Positions 45,109-54,944 of a stretch of 64,000 bases of DNA are shown one piece after another. Origin of the DNA: a candidate division FCPU426 bacterium (lineage in GTDB: Bacteria; Oederibacteriota; JAAXVQ01; JAUVAV01); contig JBFLYH010000002.1 in the NCBI GenBank assembly GCA_040756875.1, positions 414,526 through 478,525 on the forward strand, read 5' to 3'. The notes beneath the pieces were generated by a model. That model worked only from the letters and a program-made list of their open reading frames with translations, ran no database searches and was not told where the DNA came from. The translations under genes were made by a program, and so were the position numbers. The stretch's first letter is position 1. The number at the start of each line of letters is the position of its first letter.

Positions 45109-46222
45109 GGGGCGCCCCTTCCTTTCGGTTCAGCAGTCGGTTAAACAGCGCTTCATAGCCTGCGGTGACAGCCTCCCAGGAATAATGCCGCTGGGCCCGT
45201 TCCTTCGCCCGCGCGCGCAGATCGCGCACCGTGTCCGGATGGTCCAGGAGATACTGTAGCTCTTGGCGCAACGCTTCGGCCCCGCCCTCCGTGGCATAGG
45301 CCCGGCCCGCATCGCCGATGGTTTCGCGGTTGGTGGCAATGCCGTTGACGAGCACGGCGTTCCCGGCCGCCATCTGCTCCACCAAGACGGGATGGGTGCC
45401 GCCGACTTCGGAGGCCAGGACAAAAACGTACGCGTGGGCCGACAGCTCCCGGTATCCGTCCCCGAACAAATACCCCGTGAAGACCGCGCCCGCGGGGGCG
45501 TTTTGCTTCAGCTCCCGGATGTAGTCGCCGGCATAAGGCGCGTCGCCGACGATCACCACCTGCTTGTCGGTCTTGAGCCCGCGATAGGCTTCGAGCAGCT
45601 GGTGGGCGCCGTTCTCGGGCACCAGGCGGCCGACAAAGAGAAAGTAGCCCCGGGGTTGCAGGCCCAGCCGGGCCAGATGAGCCTGCGATGTTATTTCGGG
45701 CATGGCGGCGCCATACGGCAGAAATTCGCTGGACGCGCCGTACTGCCGCTGGTAGTACTCCTGGACCTTGCGCGAATCGGCGATGATCACGTCCGCGAAC
45801 CAGGTGGCCCAGCGTTCGCTGGCCTTGAGAAACCAGCGCGCGAAACCGCCCCACTTTTTCCGTTCCCAGTCCGCGCCGTCCACGTTCAGCACCACTTTTT
45901 TCCCGGCCAAGCGGGGCATCCAGGCCAGCAGGCTGTTGCCCACCCCGCAGATATACACCACGTCGAAGGCCCTGAACAACAAGTGCAGGATCGAGAGAAA
46001 CGTGTGGACGATCGTATCAAAATGCTTGCTGGGTAGGGTGGGCAGCTTGACCAGCCGGACGCCCTGGTACACGTCGCCTTCATAGCGAACATGGGTGGAA
46101 CGGCAATAAACCGTCACGTCATGACCCCGTTTGACCAGCCTGATGCTGAGGTTCTCCACCGCGGTTTCAAAGCCGCTGTAACTGGCCGGAATGCCGCGGC
46201 TCCCGATCATGGCAATGCGCAT
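45095..46222 (-). CDS. Glycosyltransferase family 4 (DUF1972-containing)
   Basis: IGSRGIPASYSGFET; NVDG.DW.R.KW; GRLVPEN; EVGGTHP.LVE. Confidence 0.88.
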   Translation of the reverse strand: MRIAMIGSRGIPASYSGFETAVENLSIRLVKRGHDVTVYCRSTHVRYEGDVYQGVRLVKLPTLPSKHFDTIVHTFLSILHLLFRAFDVVYICGVGNSLLAWMPRLAGKKVVLNVDGADWERKKWGGFARWFLKASERWATWFADVIIADSRKVQEYYQRQYGASSEFLPYGAAMPEITSQAHLARLGLQPRGYFLFVGRLVPENGAHQLLEAYRGLKTDKQVVIVGDAPYAGDYIRELKQNAPAGAVFTGYLFGDGYRELSAHAYVFVLASEVGGTHPVLVEQMAAGNAVLVNGIATNRETIGDAGRAYATEGGAEALRQELQYLLDHPDTVRDLRARAKERAQRHYSWEAVTAGYEALFNRLLNRKEGAPHAQK

Positions 46223-46242
46223 ATTACTGTCCTGCCTGGTGG

Positions 46243-46380
46243 TTAACAGGCTGATGAAAAAGTCCGCAGAGCGGCCTTTTTCGTCTGCACTGCTTAGAAT
46301 ACCCCTTGAAAAATCAGAGATTTTTCAAGGGGTAACAGGCTGCCAAATGAGCATATAAGAGTTTTTCAGCAGCCTGTTAA
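46243..46380. mobile_element. MITE-like element with 22-bp terminal inverted repeats and an internal 16-bp hairpin
   Basis: ttaacaggctgatgaaaaagtc ... gagtttttcagcagcctgttaa (20/22); taccccttgaaaaatc-aga-gatttttcaaggggta at 46300-46334. Confidence 0.7.
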
Positions 46381-46545
46381 TAACTGATCGATTGCAAGAA
46401 AAGCCAACAGGATGACAGACACTGTTGGATTCGAGAAACGACCGCCTTTATAAAATATTCGCTGCGTTCACCGGCTGACATGAACAGCAAATTTGCCTGT
46501 TCGAGTCCCAATTATAGGCCAAGGCTCTTCAATTGAAAAGCCTTT

Positions 46546-48357
46546 TCATTTAAGGGGTTTTTCGGGCTCCGGAGCAGGATAAAAGCTCCAGACTTGGATC
46601 GGTTCGGCAGGGTTCCAGGGAGCAAGCGGCTTCAGTTCAGGCAAATCACGTTGCAGGTCGGCCAGCAGGCGGCTCACTTTTTCTTCGCGGCACACCAGAT
46701 AGCCGATGGAAAGCTCGTTAAAAACGCGGCGAAGTTCCCGGGGCGATTCGATGGGCTCGGCCCGCATCAATTGCCCCAGGATGGCATACTGCTTTTTATA
46801 CTGTAGTTGCAGGAAAGACTCCCGCGAGGTATTGCCGCCGATCAGGGGGTGTTCGTGATACGTCTGGAACAGAAACGGCCGCGCCTGCTTGACCCAGGGC
46901 GAAGTGGGCATGTCGAGCACCGCCCGGGTGCGGTCAGGATCCTGGCGTATGGCCCGGTATGCCGGCATTTCCCGGGCGGTTGAGTTGACCGGGTAAGGGA
47001 CAGTCAGGAACTCGAACAGCAGCAAACCGAGAATCAGCCAGAAGCGCTGCCGCAGCGCCTGGCAGCTCAGACCGAAAAGGACCGTGGTTGCCAGCAAGGG
47101 CAGGAAAACAAACCGGGCCGGCTCGCGGATCCCGTTCAACAGCGGGAGATAATGGATCAGGGCATACGGCGCAGGCCAGGTCACTTCCCCGAACCCTTTG
47201 AGGTCGTAGAAAACGAAACCCGGTATGACGTTCAGCGGCAGGCCGAACAGGCGGACAAACGGCCCCAGGGCAAAGAGCCAGAACCCCACGCCCATCCACA
47301 ACCAGCGCCGGGCCCCGGCTTCAGGCCACCATCCCCGCCGGCCCAGTATGATCACCGTGAGCGTCGTCCAGCCCAGCGAAGCGACCCGTTCGGCCGCATT
47401 GCCGCCCAGGGTGTCGCTGCCCGTGATGCGCAAGGTTTCGCCCAGTTGGTGGGCCAGCCGGCCCCAGAGCGGGTGCAGTTCCGACGGAAACAAAACGCCG
47501 GCCGCATCCAGGGCGAAATATTCCGCACCGCCCCAACCGCCGGTGTGCAGGGCCAGCAAATTGAACTGCTTCATTTCCGCCAGCATTTGCCAGATAAAGT
47601 AGCCCAGCAGCGCGGCCAGTCCCAGGGCGCTGGGTGCGAGTTTCAATAGAAAAGGCACGAGTTGCCCGCGGTCTTTCCAGAGCAGATACAGCACATACCC
47701 GGCGATCAGCAAACCCAGAAAAAGAAACCCCTGGTAGTCGCTGAAAAACAGGTACAGGCCCCAGGCTACCAAGCCCGCCTGCCGCCCCCATTCCCAGCGC
47801 ACGCCGGCCGGCCGGCGCCACAGATAAATCATCCAGGGAATGGCTTCGTTGCTGATCGAATGAAAATGCCCCATGCCATGGGCCATTTGAAAGGGTGCCA
47901 GAGTGTAAAAGAGGCCTCCCAGAAAGGCTGCGCGGTCGTCGATCCCGAAGGTCTTCAGCATTCTGAAAGCGCCCCAGCCGCGAAGGCCGAAGGTCAGCAG
48001 AAAACCCGCGTTGTAGGCAAAGATGTCGTTCACAGCCAGGGAGAACGGCACGAGCAGCAGGGTCTTGGCCGGCGACCAGGTGTGCATGAGCAAACTGATG
48101 CGCAGGGGGTAATAGAGGTCGTGAGTGAAGAAAGGGTGGCCGCCCGTGGCCAGCACTTTCTTCCAATGCCAGATGCCCCAGATGAACTGCATGGCATCCG
48201 GGCCGCGGCCTGGGATCAGGGTCGCCAGGTCCGTGACAAGGGGGTAAGTATAAATCATCCCCAGCAGAACGTAAACCGCGGCTGCCCACCAGCCCTGGCC
48301 AAACCCTTCGGCGCGACGGGGCGCCTGCACCAATGTTGCGGAGGAAGCGCGGTTCAC
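46546..48357 (-). CDS. GT-C-like multi-TM membrane protein (YfhO-like)
   Basis: TYPLV...D..QFIW..W; YYP; REPARF; QTYHEHPLIGG. Confidence 0.65.
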   Translation of the reverse strand: MNRASSATLVQAPRRAEGFGQGWWAAAVYVLLGMIYTYPLVTDLATLIPGRGPDAMQFIWGIWHWKKVLATGGHPFFTHDLYYPLRISLLMHTWSPAKTLLLVPFSLAVNDIFAYNAGFLLTFGLRGWGAFRMLKTFGIDDRAAFLGGLFYTLAPFQMAHGMGHFHSISNEAIPWMIYLWRRPAGVRWEWGRQAGLVAWGLYLFFSDYQGFLFLGLLIAGYVLYLLWKDRGQLVPFLLKLAPSALGLAALLGYFIWQMLAEMKQFNLLALHTGGWGGAEYFALDAAGVLFPSELHPLWGRLAHQLGETLRITGSDTLGGNAAERVASLGWTTLTVIILGRRGWWPEAGARRWLWMGVGFWLFALGPFVRLFGLPLNVIPGFVFYDLKGFGEVTWPAPYALIHYLPLLNGIREPARFVFLPLLATTVLFGLSCQALRQRFWLILGLLLFEFLTVPYPVNSTAREMPAYRAIRQDPDRTRAVLDMPTSPWVKQARPFLFQTYHEHPLIGGNTSRESFLQLQYKKQYAILGQLMRAEPIESPRELRRVFNELSIGYLVCREEKVSRLLADLQRDLPELKPLAPWNPAEPIQVWSFYPAPEPEKPLK

Positions 48358-49937
48358 GGTTGCACCTCATCCGGCGCCGCCCGCAGACGGTAAATCGCAA
48401 TGGCCGGTCCGGTTTGCCAGGGGGCGGGTTCAAACAGCCGCAGGAGTTCGGCCTGGCGGCTCAGTTCCCGGCCGAAGCCATCGGTCCCTCCGGCCGGCGC
48501 CCCTTCCTTCCACAAGGCGCCGGAAATCCAATCGCTGACTAAAAAATAAGTGAAGCCTTGCCGGCGGTATTCGTCCAAAGGATGGTTGGCCAGGCGGTTT
48601 TCCTCGCGGACCGTGAATTGCTTCTCGTCGTTGCGCAGGGGGGCGGTCAGCCATTCCATGGCGATTCTGCTCCCTGCGGGCAGATGCGCAAGAATCCAGT
48701 TCCGGCTGGTGATGCGGCTGCTGTAATGCGCCAGGCGCCACTGGGTATTCACCTGGGCCCAAAGGACCGGGCCGGCGAGCACGAGCAGCAACGCGGCGCC
48801 CAGGATCCACCTGCCCGGAACCGTGTCCGCGCGGGCGCTGCGCACGCACCAGGCCCAGACCGCGGCCGCCAAGTCCGCGCAGCCCAGCGCCAGCAGCGGC
48901 AGGACCGGGTTGATCCAGGCCTGGGCCGGCGCCGCGGCCAGGCCGGCCCAAAACAGCCAGACCAAGCTCCCGACCCGCAGCAGCCAGGCCCGGGGATTTC
49001 TGCGCCACCACAGCAGCCAGACCAAAGCCAGCTGGATTTGCAATCCGCCCATGTTCCAACGCAAGGCGCGGGTCAGGACCCACAGCAGGTTCTCCCACCA
49101 TCTGGCCAGCGAGCCCGCGCCATAGGTCTGCCGGGCCTCGGCCAGAAACGCCGACCCGGTTGCGGAAAAATCCCGCAGCCACATGGGCTGCAAGGCGAGA
49201 TACACCAGGGCGGCGGCCCCGAGGCCCAGGGCGAGCGCCTGCCAGGAAGTCCTGGGATCCCCGCCTGAACGCCGGTCACGGATTGCAGCCTGGATCCGGG
49301 CCGCGATGAAAACCACGAGAAAAACCCCCAGCGCATAGTGAGTGGCCGCGGCCAGGCCCATGGCCAGGCCGGACAATAACGGCCATCCCCTTCCCGGTTG
49401 CTCCTGGCCGCGCTGCAAGGACCAGAAAAAGGCCAGCGTGAGAAACACCTGGAGGCTGTCGGATTGGACCAATTGGGCGCTGGTCACCGGCAAAACGTAG
49501 CCTGTGTAGAGCCCGGCTGCCAGCAATCCGATACCCGGGGAGAAAGCGCGGGCGCCCAGCCAATAAAGCAGAATCAGGCTGAGCAGGCTGAAAATCACCG
49601 ACCAGGCGCGGCCTATATAATAATAGAAGGCATCCGTATCCAGAAAGCCGAGGGCCAGGCCGGTATGGAACAGTTTGGCCGAAATTTTATAAGCCACGGC
49701 CAGCGGGTAAACCACGGTGGCAGCCGCCGGCTGCGCCAGCGGCGAGTCCAACCCGCGGGTGGCGGCCACGGCCAAAGCCCTGGCCACGTAGGCAGGTTCG
49801 TTGATTTCCGGGGTGTAGGGCAAATCCCGGCGAAAACCAGCCAGGTGCAGCAACAAAAAGCAGGTCCACAGCGCCCAAAAAGCGGCGCCGGGCATTGGTT
49901 TTTTTTTCGACGCTGTGGTTCCGGGAGTCATTGGCAT
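48354..49937 (-). CDS. GT-C (ArnT/PMT-like) membrane glycosyltransferase
   Basis: INEPAYV; GRAWSV; GLAAATHY; multiple TMs followed by a soluble C-terminal domain. Confidence 0.7.
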   Translation of the reverse strand: MPMTPGTTASKKKPMPGAAFWALWTCFLLLHLAGFRRDLPYTPEINEPAYVARALAVAATRGLDSPLAQPAAATVVYPLAVAYKISAKLFHTGLALGFLDTDAFYYYIGRAWSVIFSLLSLILLYWLGARAFSPGIGLLAAGLYTGYVLPVTSAQLVQSDSLQVFLTLAFFWSLQRGQEQPGRGWPLLSGLAMGLAAATHYALGVFLVVFIAARIQAAIRDRRSGGDPRTSWQALALGLGAAALVYLALQPMWLRDFSATGSAFLAEARQTYGAGSLARWWENLLWVLTRALRWNMGGLQIQLALVWLLWWRRNPRAWLLRVGSLVWLFWAGLAAAPAQAWINPVLPLLALGCADLAAAVWAWCVRSARADTVPGRWILGAALLLVLAGPVLWAQVNTQWRLAHYSSRITSRNWILAHLPAGSRIAMEWLTAPLRNDEKQFTVREENRLANHPLDEYRRQGFTYFLVSDWISGALWKEGAPAGGTDGFGRELSRQAELLRLFEPAPWQTGPAIAIYRLRAAPDEVQP

Positions 49938-50863
49938 TGATCCGCCCGCTGTTTTTCCCGTCTGCTCCGGGCTGCTTCCAGGCCCCAGGCCAAAGCCGCC
50001 AAAGCGATTTCCACGAGCAGGAACAAAACCCGGTGCGCCCCGGCAATGGCCCAGGCTTGGGCTGGTGGCAGGTTCATGCCCAGGACCAAGACGCTCTCCC
50101 TGATGCCCAGGCCGGCCGGAGCCACTGGCACGATGAACCCCAGGATATAAGCCAGCCCGAACAAGCCCAGGCTGTGGGTGAGCGGGGCCGGATCAAATCC
50201 GACGCGCAGGGCATGAAACCCGGCTCCCAGGATGAGCCAGATGCCCAGTTGAACCGGCAGCATGGCCAGCGCAAACCGGGGCAGCCCCGAAATCCAGCGC
50301 TGCGCCCTGTCCCGCTTGCCGAGCACCCACCAAACCAGCAACCCCGCGGCTCCCGCAAGGACCGCCAATCCGGCCGAACCGGCTGCCACGGGCAGCTGGC
50401 GCGATATCAACGGCAGCCAGCCGGCGGCGAAAAGGACGGCCACCAGACAGGCGCCGGCCGGCTCGCTGACGGTTTCCAGCACGATGGCGTCGCGGATTTG
50501 ATCGGGTTTCAGGCCGCGGAGGGCGTACCACGCCGCTTTGCTGACGAACTGCCAGATACTGCCCGGGGTGTATTTCGCCAGCTGGGAATAATTATAGACG
50601 GAAAAAGCGCCGAGCCGGGGCAGGTTGAACCCCACTTGCCGGACGGAAATTTGCAGGGCGTAAACCAGCAACACTTTGGCGGCTACCAGGCTGAGCACGG
50701 CCAGGAGCACCTGCTGCCAGGACATCCGCCCCAGGGCCAGCCAGACCTCCCCGCCTTTGCGTCCCAGGTAGAGAAACGCGAAAAACAGCACCAGGGCCAG
50801 CCACAGCCACTTCCCCCAAACCAACAGCCGGCTTTGCCAGGCGCGGGACGTGCTCCCGGCCAT
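49928..50863 (-). CDS. Lysylphosphatidylglycerol-synthase TM domain (UPF0104 flippase-like) protein
   Basis: SQLAKYTPGSIW; PAGLGIRE; HRV. Confidence 0.8.
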   Translation of the reverse strand: MAGSTSRAWQSRLLVWGKWLWLALVLFFAFLYLGRKGGEVWLALGRMSWQQVLLAVLSLVAAKVLLVYALQISVRQVGFNLPRLGAFSVYNYSQLAKYTPGSIWQFVSKAAWYALRGLKPDQIRDAIVLETVSEPAGACLVAVLFAAGWLPLISRQLPVAAGSAGLAVLAGAAGLLVWWVLGKRDRAQRWISGLPRFALAMLPVQLGIWLILGAGFHALRVGFDPAPLTHSLGLFGLAYILGFIVPVAPAGLGIRESVLVLGMNLPPAQAWAIAGAHRVLFLLVEIALAALAWGLEAARSRREKQRADQCQ

Positions 50864-51907
50864 TTAGTCCCTCCGCAGAGACCGCCGGCCAGCGGTCCCT
50901 TTAGGAGCTTTGGCCCGGGGAGAGGACTTGTGGGATATCCTGTGCGGAGGAACGGCGCTCCCCTCCGAGCCTTGCGACTGCTGTGCGCGCAGCCTGAACT
51001 GGATGTCCTCCAGCAGCTTGCGGTTGACCGCAAACAGGTCGGCCAGAAAGGCGGTCAGCATGGTTTGGAACCCGATGCCCAGCAGCACGGAAGCCAGGAT
51101 CAGGGACTGCACGTGGCCCTTGCCTCCGCCCAGTGAGAGATAATAGAGGAACCTCAGGCCCAACAGCAGGCCGGATGAAAACAGCAGCAGGCCGATGGTC
51201 ATGAAAAATTTAAACGGCCGGTACACCACGAAGATGCGGAGCATGGTGTTCATGGACCGGGAGATGTAGGTCCAGATGTTCTTGACCAGGCGCGACGGCC
51301 GCAAAGGCGCGTTGACGCCCACGGGGCAGGTGGCGATCAGCAAATTCTTCTGGCCCGCCTGCACGATCGTTTCCAGGGTGTACGTGTAATCGCTGAACAC
51401 GTTCAAGCGCAGGGCCGTTTCGCGGCTGATTGCGCGAAACCCGCTGGGCGCATCCTCCACGGGCGTCCGGCTGACCACGCGCACCACCCAGCTGCCCAGG
51501 CGCTGCAGCCTTTTTTTCAGCCAGGAAAAATGGGGGTTGTCCTGGATGGGGCGCGCGCCGATGACCATATCCGCGTTTTTTTCCAGGATCGGCCGGACCA
51601 AGCGGGGAATGTCCGCCGCCGCGTACTGGTTGTCCGCGTCCAGGTTGACGATCACGTCCGCCCCGCGGACCAGGCAGGCTTCCAATCCGGCCATGAACGC
51701 CCGGGCCAGGCCCTGGTTTTTGTTCAGGCGCAGCACGTGATCCGCGCCGAGCGAGCGCGCGGTTTCCGAGGTGCGGTCCGTGCTGCCGTCGTCCACCACC
51801 AGCCACTCCACCTGGTCGAACCCCTCCACCCGGCGCGGCAGGCCGGCCAGGGTGACCGGCAGGGTCTCGGCTTCGTTGAAACAGGGGACCTGGATGATCA
51901 GTTTCAT
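50864..51907 (-). CDS. Glycosyltransferase family 2 (polyprenol-phosphate sugar synthase-like)
   Basis: IQVPCFNEAETL; DDGSTD; DADNQY; DAPSGFRA; two C-terminal TMs. Confidence 0.88.
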   Translation of the reverse strand: MKLIIQVPCFNEAETLPVTLAGLPRRVEGFDQVEWLVVDDGSTDRTSETARSLGADHVLRLNKNQGLARAFMAGLEACLVRGADVIVNLDADNQYAAADIPRLVRPILEKNADMVIGARPIQDNPHFSWLKKRLQRLGSWVVRVVSRTPVEDAPSGFRAISRETALRLNVFSDYTYTLETIVQAGQKNLLIATCPVGVNAPLRPSRLVKNIWTYISRSMNTMLRIFVVYRPFKFFMTIGLLLFSSGLLLGLRFLYYLSLGGGKGHVQSLILASVLLGIGFQTMLTAFLADLFAVNRKLLEDIQFRLRAQQSQGSEGSAVPPHRISHKSSPRAKAPKGTAGRRSLRRD

Positions 51908-51908
51908 C

Positions 51909-53114
51909 TCACACCTCCGCGGCCAAGGACAGGCAGGCTGAAAACAACCGGCGTATGGATTCCTGGAAGCGGGCCAGGCTGTATTCGCGCTCCAGCCGCA
52001 GCCGCCCGGCCGTTCCCTGGCGCGCGCGCAAAGCCGGATCGAGGATCAACGTCCGCAGCGCCGCGGCCAGTCCCGGGACATCGCCCGGTTCGACCAGAAA
52101 TCCGGTTTCACCGGGTACCACCATTTCGGTCGGGCCGCCGTGGTTGGTGGCGACCACCGGCAGGCGGGCGGCCATGGCTTCCAGCAGCACGGTCGGAAAC
52201 GGATCCGGCCGCAGGGACGGCACTGCCATTACGTCCAGGGCGTTCAGCCAGGGCCGCACGTCCGGTGAAAAGGGCTTGAAGACCGTCAGCGGCCCCAGGC
52301 CCAACTGCCGGATGCGCGCTTCCAAATCGGCCCGGGCCTGATCCTGGCCCGGAATGCCTCCGCCGCCCAGCAGGCACTTGAACTTCAACTCCGGATGCCG
52401 GGACCGCAGCTGGGCCAGGGCGTCGAGCAGGAACTCCTGGCCTTTCCAGCTGCCGATGCGGCCCAGGCAGCCTATCAGCACTTCGTCTTTCGCGATCCCC
52501 AGGGCTGCACGGTCCGCCGGCCGGTCGCGGGGCTGGTCGTAAAACGGCAAATCCAGCCCGTTGTGGATGACCACCAGCTTGTTTGCCAAGGCGGGCTGGA
52601 CGCCTGTCCAGAAATCGCGGACCGGCCGGCTGACGGCAATGACCCGGTCCGCCCAGCGGTTCAGGGCCGCGGCCAGCAGGCGGGAAAACCAGCGCGGTTT
52701 CTGGACGATCTCGTGCAGGTGCCAGACATGGGGCCGCCCGGCCCTCAGCGCGGCCAGCGCGCCGCACCACACGGCGCTGGTGGCGCTGTACACCAGCTCG
52801 ATCCCTTCGGTTTTGATCAGGCGTCTGACCGCGCCCACGGCCCGGAACAGCTGCCAGCTGTATCCGGGCAGCTTCCAGGGTGACAAATACTTGCGCCGTA
52901 AAATACCCAGGGGCATGACCCGCACCGGGCAGTTCCGTTTTTGCAGTTCCCGCTCGAGTTCGCCCTGATACGGCAGGTCGTTGGGCAGGAGCACGGTGAG
53001 CTGCCAGCCCGCGGGTTGCAGGGTGTCAACCACGCGCAGCAGCACCAAATCCGCCCCGAACAGCTCGTTGGCGGAATGGATGATCAAAACCTTGAATCCG
53101 GGCATCCCAAGCAC
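51909..53114 (-). CDS. Glycosyltransferase family 4
   Basis: FGADLVL; WHLHE; GRIGSWKGQ; DPFPTVLLEAMA. Confidence 0.9.
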   Translation of the reverse strand: MLGMPGFKVLIIHSANELFGADLVLLRVVDTLQPAGWQLTVLLPNDLPYQGELERELQKRNCPVRVMPLGILRRKYLSPWKLPGYSWQLFRAVGAVRRLIKTEGIELVYSATSAVWCGALAALRAGRPHVWHLHEIVQKPRWFSRLLAAALNRWADRVIAVSRPVRDFWTGVQPALANKLVVIHNGLDLPFYDQPRDRPADRAALGIAKDEVLIGCLGRIGSWKGQEFLLDALAQLRSRHPELKFKCLLGGGGIPGQDQARADLEARIRQLGLGPLTVFKPFSPDVRPWLNALDVMAVPSLRPDPFPTVLLEAMAARLPVVATNHGGPTEMVVPGETGFLVEPGDVPGLAAALRTLILDPALRARQGTAGRLRLEREYSLARFQESIRRLFSACLSLAAEV

Positions 53115-53213
53115 CTTCAGAGTGGAGTGACCCCCCGGACTAAAGCTCCCCTGCGGAGGGATTGACGAATAGGGTTCATGTTGAAACTCATGTATCTTTC
53201 CGTTTTTCGCAAA

Positions 53214-54221
53214 TCAAGGCTTCAGAAAATACCCTTGCCGTATCCGGTATTCGTTTAAAATTTCTTTATCCGTCACTGACGTCCGGCGTTTTTGTCCCAT
53301 AAAATAATATCCGGAAGCGGCCAAAGCCGAATCACGACGCCCAGCCAAATAGTAGTCAAAGTATTTCAAACCAAATGCCGTAAGATGAACGAAAAGCGTC
53401 GCGATTTTCTGCATAATGCCGGATTGAAAAAAAGCCATAAGAAAATTTTTGATTATTTCCGCCAAGGCTACGCCAGGACCGTTGACAATACCCGATGCCA
53501 GTTCGTCAAATTGCCGAAAAAGCCGGCGGTGACCTATGGGCGTATAACGGGTGAAATCATAGGGCCAGCCATGAATCGGTTGCATAAAAGGCGTTTCGGC
53601 GTACACCAACGCTCGTGACTTAAGTACGCGCCAAATCTCGGCGACGCATGCCGGTGCATCCGCCACATGCTCCAACACCGCTTGCACGATTACCGCATCG
53701 AAGTATCCGTCAGGAAAAGGTATCTGGTGGGCATCTACAATAACGGCCGTCCTTGGCCCAAAGGATACATCCGTTTCGATCAAGCGCAAGTCCGGAAAGC
53801 GCAACAGGACTTTTATGCCTTCGCCAATTATACTGCCGCCTAAAATCAATACTTTGGGGTGGGGGTGTTGCCGCAACAAACGCCCCGCCAACTTTTGGTA
53901 ATTTGCCGCCGCGGATATATTGCACGACAGTTTGGGCAGCAAATGAAATACCTTTTTTCCCAACGTGGGTCTCGCGGTGTTTTTGAAAAAGGTGTCTTTG
54001 CGCTCCAAGTAGTCTCGTTGTTGAAATACGCTGCGTCTTTCATCAATCATGACCGGAATACCATCCACAATCGGAAAAGTCAGACGGCATGTTTTTTTAT
54101 CGCACAGCAATTCGTTTTTTAGCCTGTGCAACCGGGAACCGCAGGCCGGACACCGTAAATCATTATGGTTGAATGGATCTTCTGGTTTAGACATCATTTT
54201 CGCTTTCCGGATGTGAACCAT
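53214..54221 (-). CDS. SAM methyltransferase with an N-terminal Trm112-like zinc ribbon
   Basis: CPAC...CDKKTC..FPIVDGIP; DAHQIPF...FD...AVLEHV; PFMQPIH..PYDFTR; lower GC. Start may be nearer 54197. Confidence 0.8.
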   Translation of the reverse strand: MVHIRKAKMMSKPEDPFNHNDLRCPACGSRLHRLKNELLCDKKTCRLTFPIVDGIPVMIDERRSVFQQRDYLERKDTFFKNTARPTLGKKVFHLLPKLSCNISAAANYQKLAGRLLRQHPHPKVLILGGSIIGEGIKVLLRFPDLRLIETDVSFGPRTAVIVDAHQIPFPDGYFDAVIVQAVLEHVADAPACVAEIWRVLKSRALVYAETPFMQPIHGWPYDFTRYTPIGHRRLFRQFDELASGIVNGPGVALAEIIKNFLMAFFQSGIMQKIATLFVHLTAFGLKYFDYYLAGRRDSALAASGYYFMGQKRRTSVTDKEILNEYRIRQGYFLKP

Positions 54222-54224
54222 CGT

Positions 54225-54944
54225 TTATTCCGAAGATGCCACGGACCGGTTTTTAATGACGCGCGCCGGCACACCCGCCACAACGCTGAAGGGCGGGACA
54301 TCCTTGGTCACCACACTGCCCGCCGCGACCACGCTGCCCTGGCCGATGCGCACGCCGTCCAGTATGATGCAGCCGGTGCCGAGCCAGCAGTTGTCCTCGA
54401 CCACGATCCCCTGGCGGGTGACTCCCTGCTGGCGCATGGGGATGCGCGGGTCGGAAAACACGTGGTTCTCCGCGAACAGCCCCACGCGCGGACCCATCAA
54501 CACGTCCTCGCCGATCTGAATGAACCCGGCGCAGCCGACGTAACTGAAGGCCCCTACATTGGAGCGGGCGCCGATGGAAAAGCCCTCCCCGAGTTCGCGG
54601 CCGTAGTATCCGGAGGGACGGATCATGGCCAGGCGCCCGATGGTCACCTGGTCGCCCAGGGTGACGCCGCGCCGGGACAAGCCCTGGACCTCGCAGCCTG
54701 ATTCCAGCACGACGTTCCGGCCCAGGTGCAAACAGCGGGGATTGCGAAGCATGGCGCCCGGATGGATGAACTGCATTCCGCGGGCAGATCCAAACCACGG
54801 CCGCCACCATAGTCCCCGCAGCAGGCTCCATCCCATCCGGCCGACAATCGCGAGCACGTCGCCGCCGGTCAGCGCGGGATCCAAAGCGTAGGCCGGATCC
54901 TTCTTCATCCGGCGCAACAGCGCGTTAATGGTTTTTTTCAGCAT
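54225..54944 (-). CDS. Hexapeptide-repeat O-acyltransferase
   Basis: VEDNCWLG; IGQGSVVAAGSVVTKDVPP..VVAGVPARVI. Confidence 0.9.
   Translation of the reverse strand: MLKKTINALLRRMKKDPAYALDPALTGGDVLAIVGRMGWSLLRGLWWRPWFGSARGMQFIHPGAMLRNPRCLHLGRNVVLESGCEVQGLSRRGVTLGDQVTIGRLAMIRPSGYYGRELGEGFSIGARSNVGAFSYVGCAGFIQIGEDVLMGPRVGLFAENHVFSDPRIPMRQQGVTRQGIVVEDNCWLGTGCIILDGVRIGQGSVVAAGSVVTKDVPPFSVVAGVPARVIKNRSVASSE

Noticed and set aside
46436-46450. ops/JUMPStart element (minus strand ggcggtcg)
   Set aside because: Mismatches GGCGGTAG and has no supporting context.
53115-53175. IS200/IS605 end or omega-RNA fragment (ccccggactaaag...ttgac)
   Set aside because: Too short and degenerate; no tnpA/tnpB/iscB adjacent.
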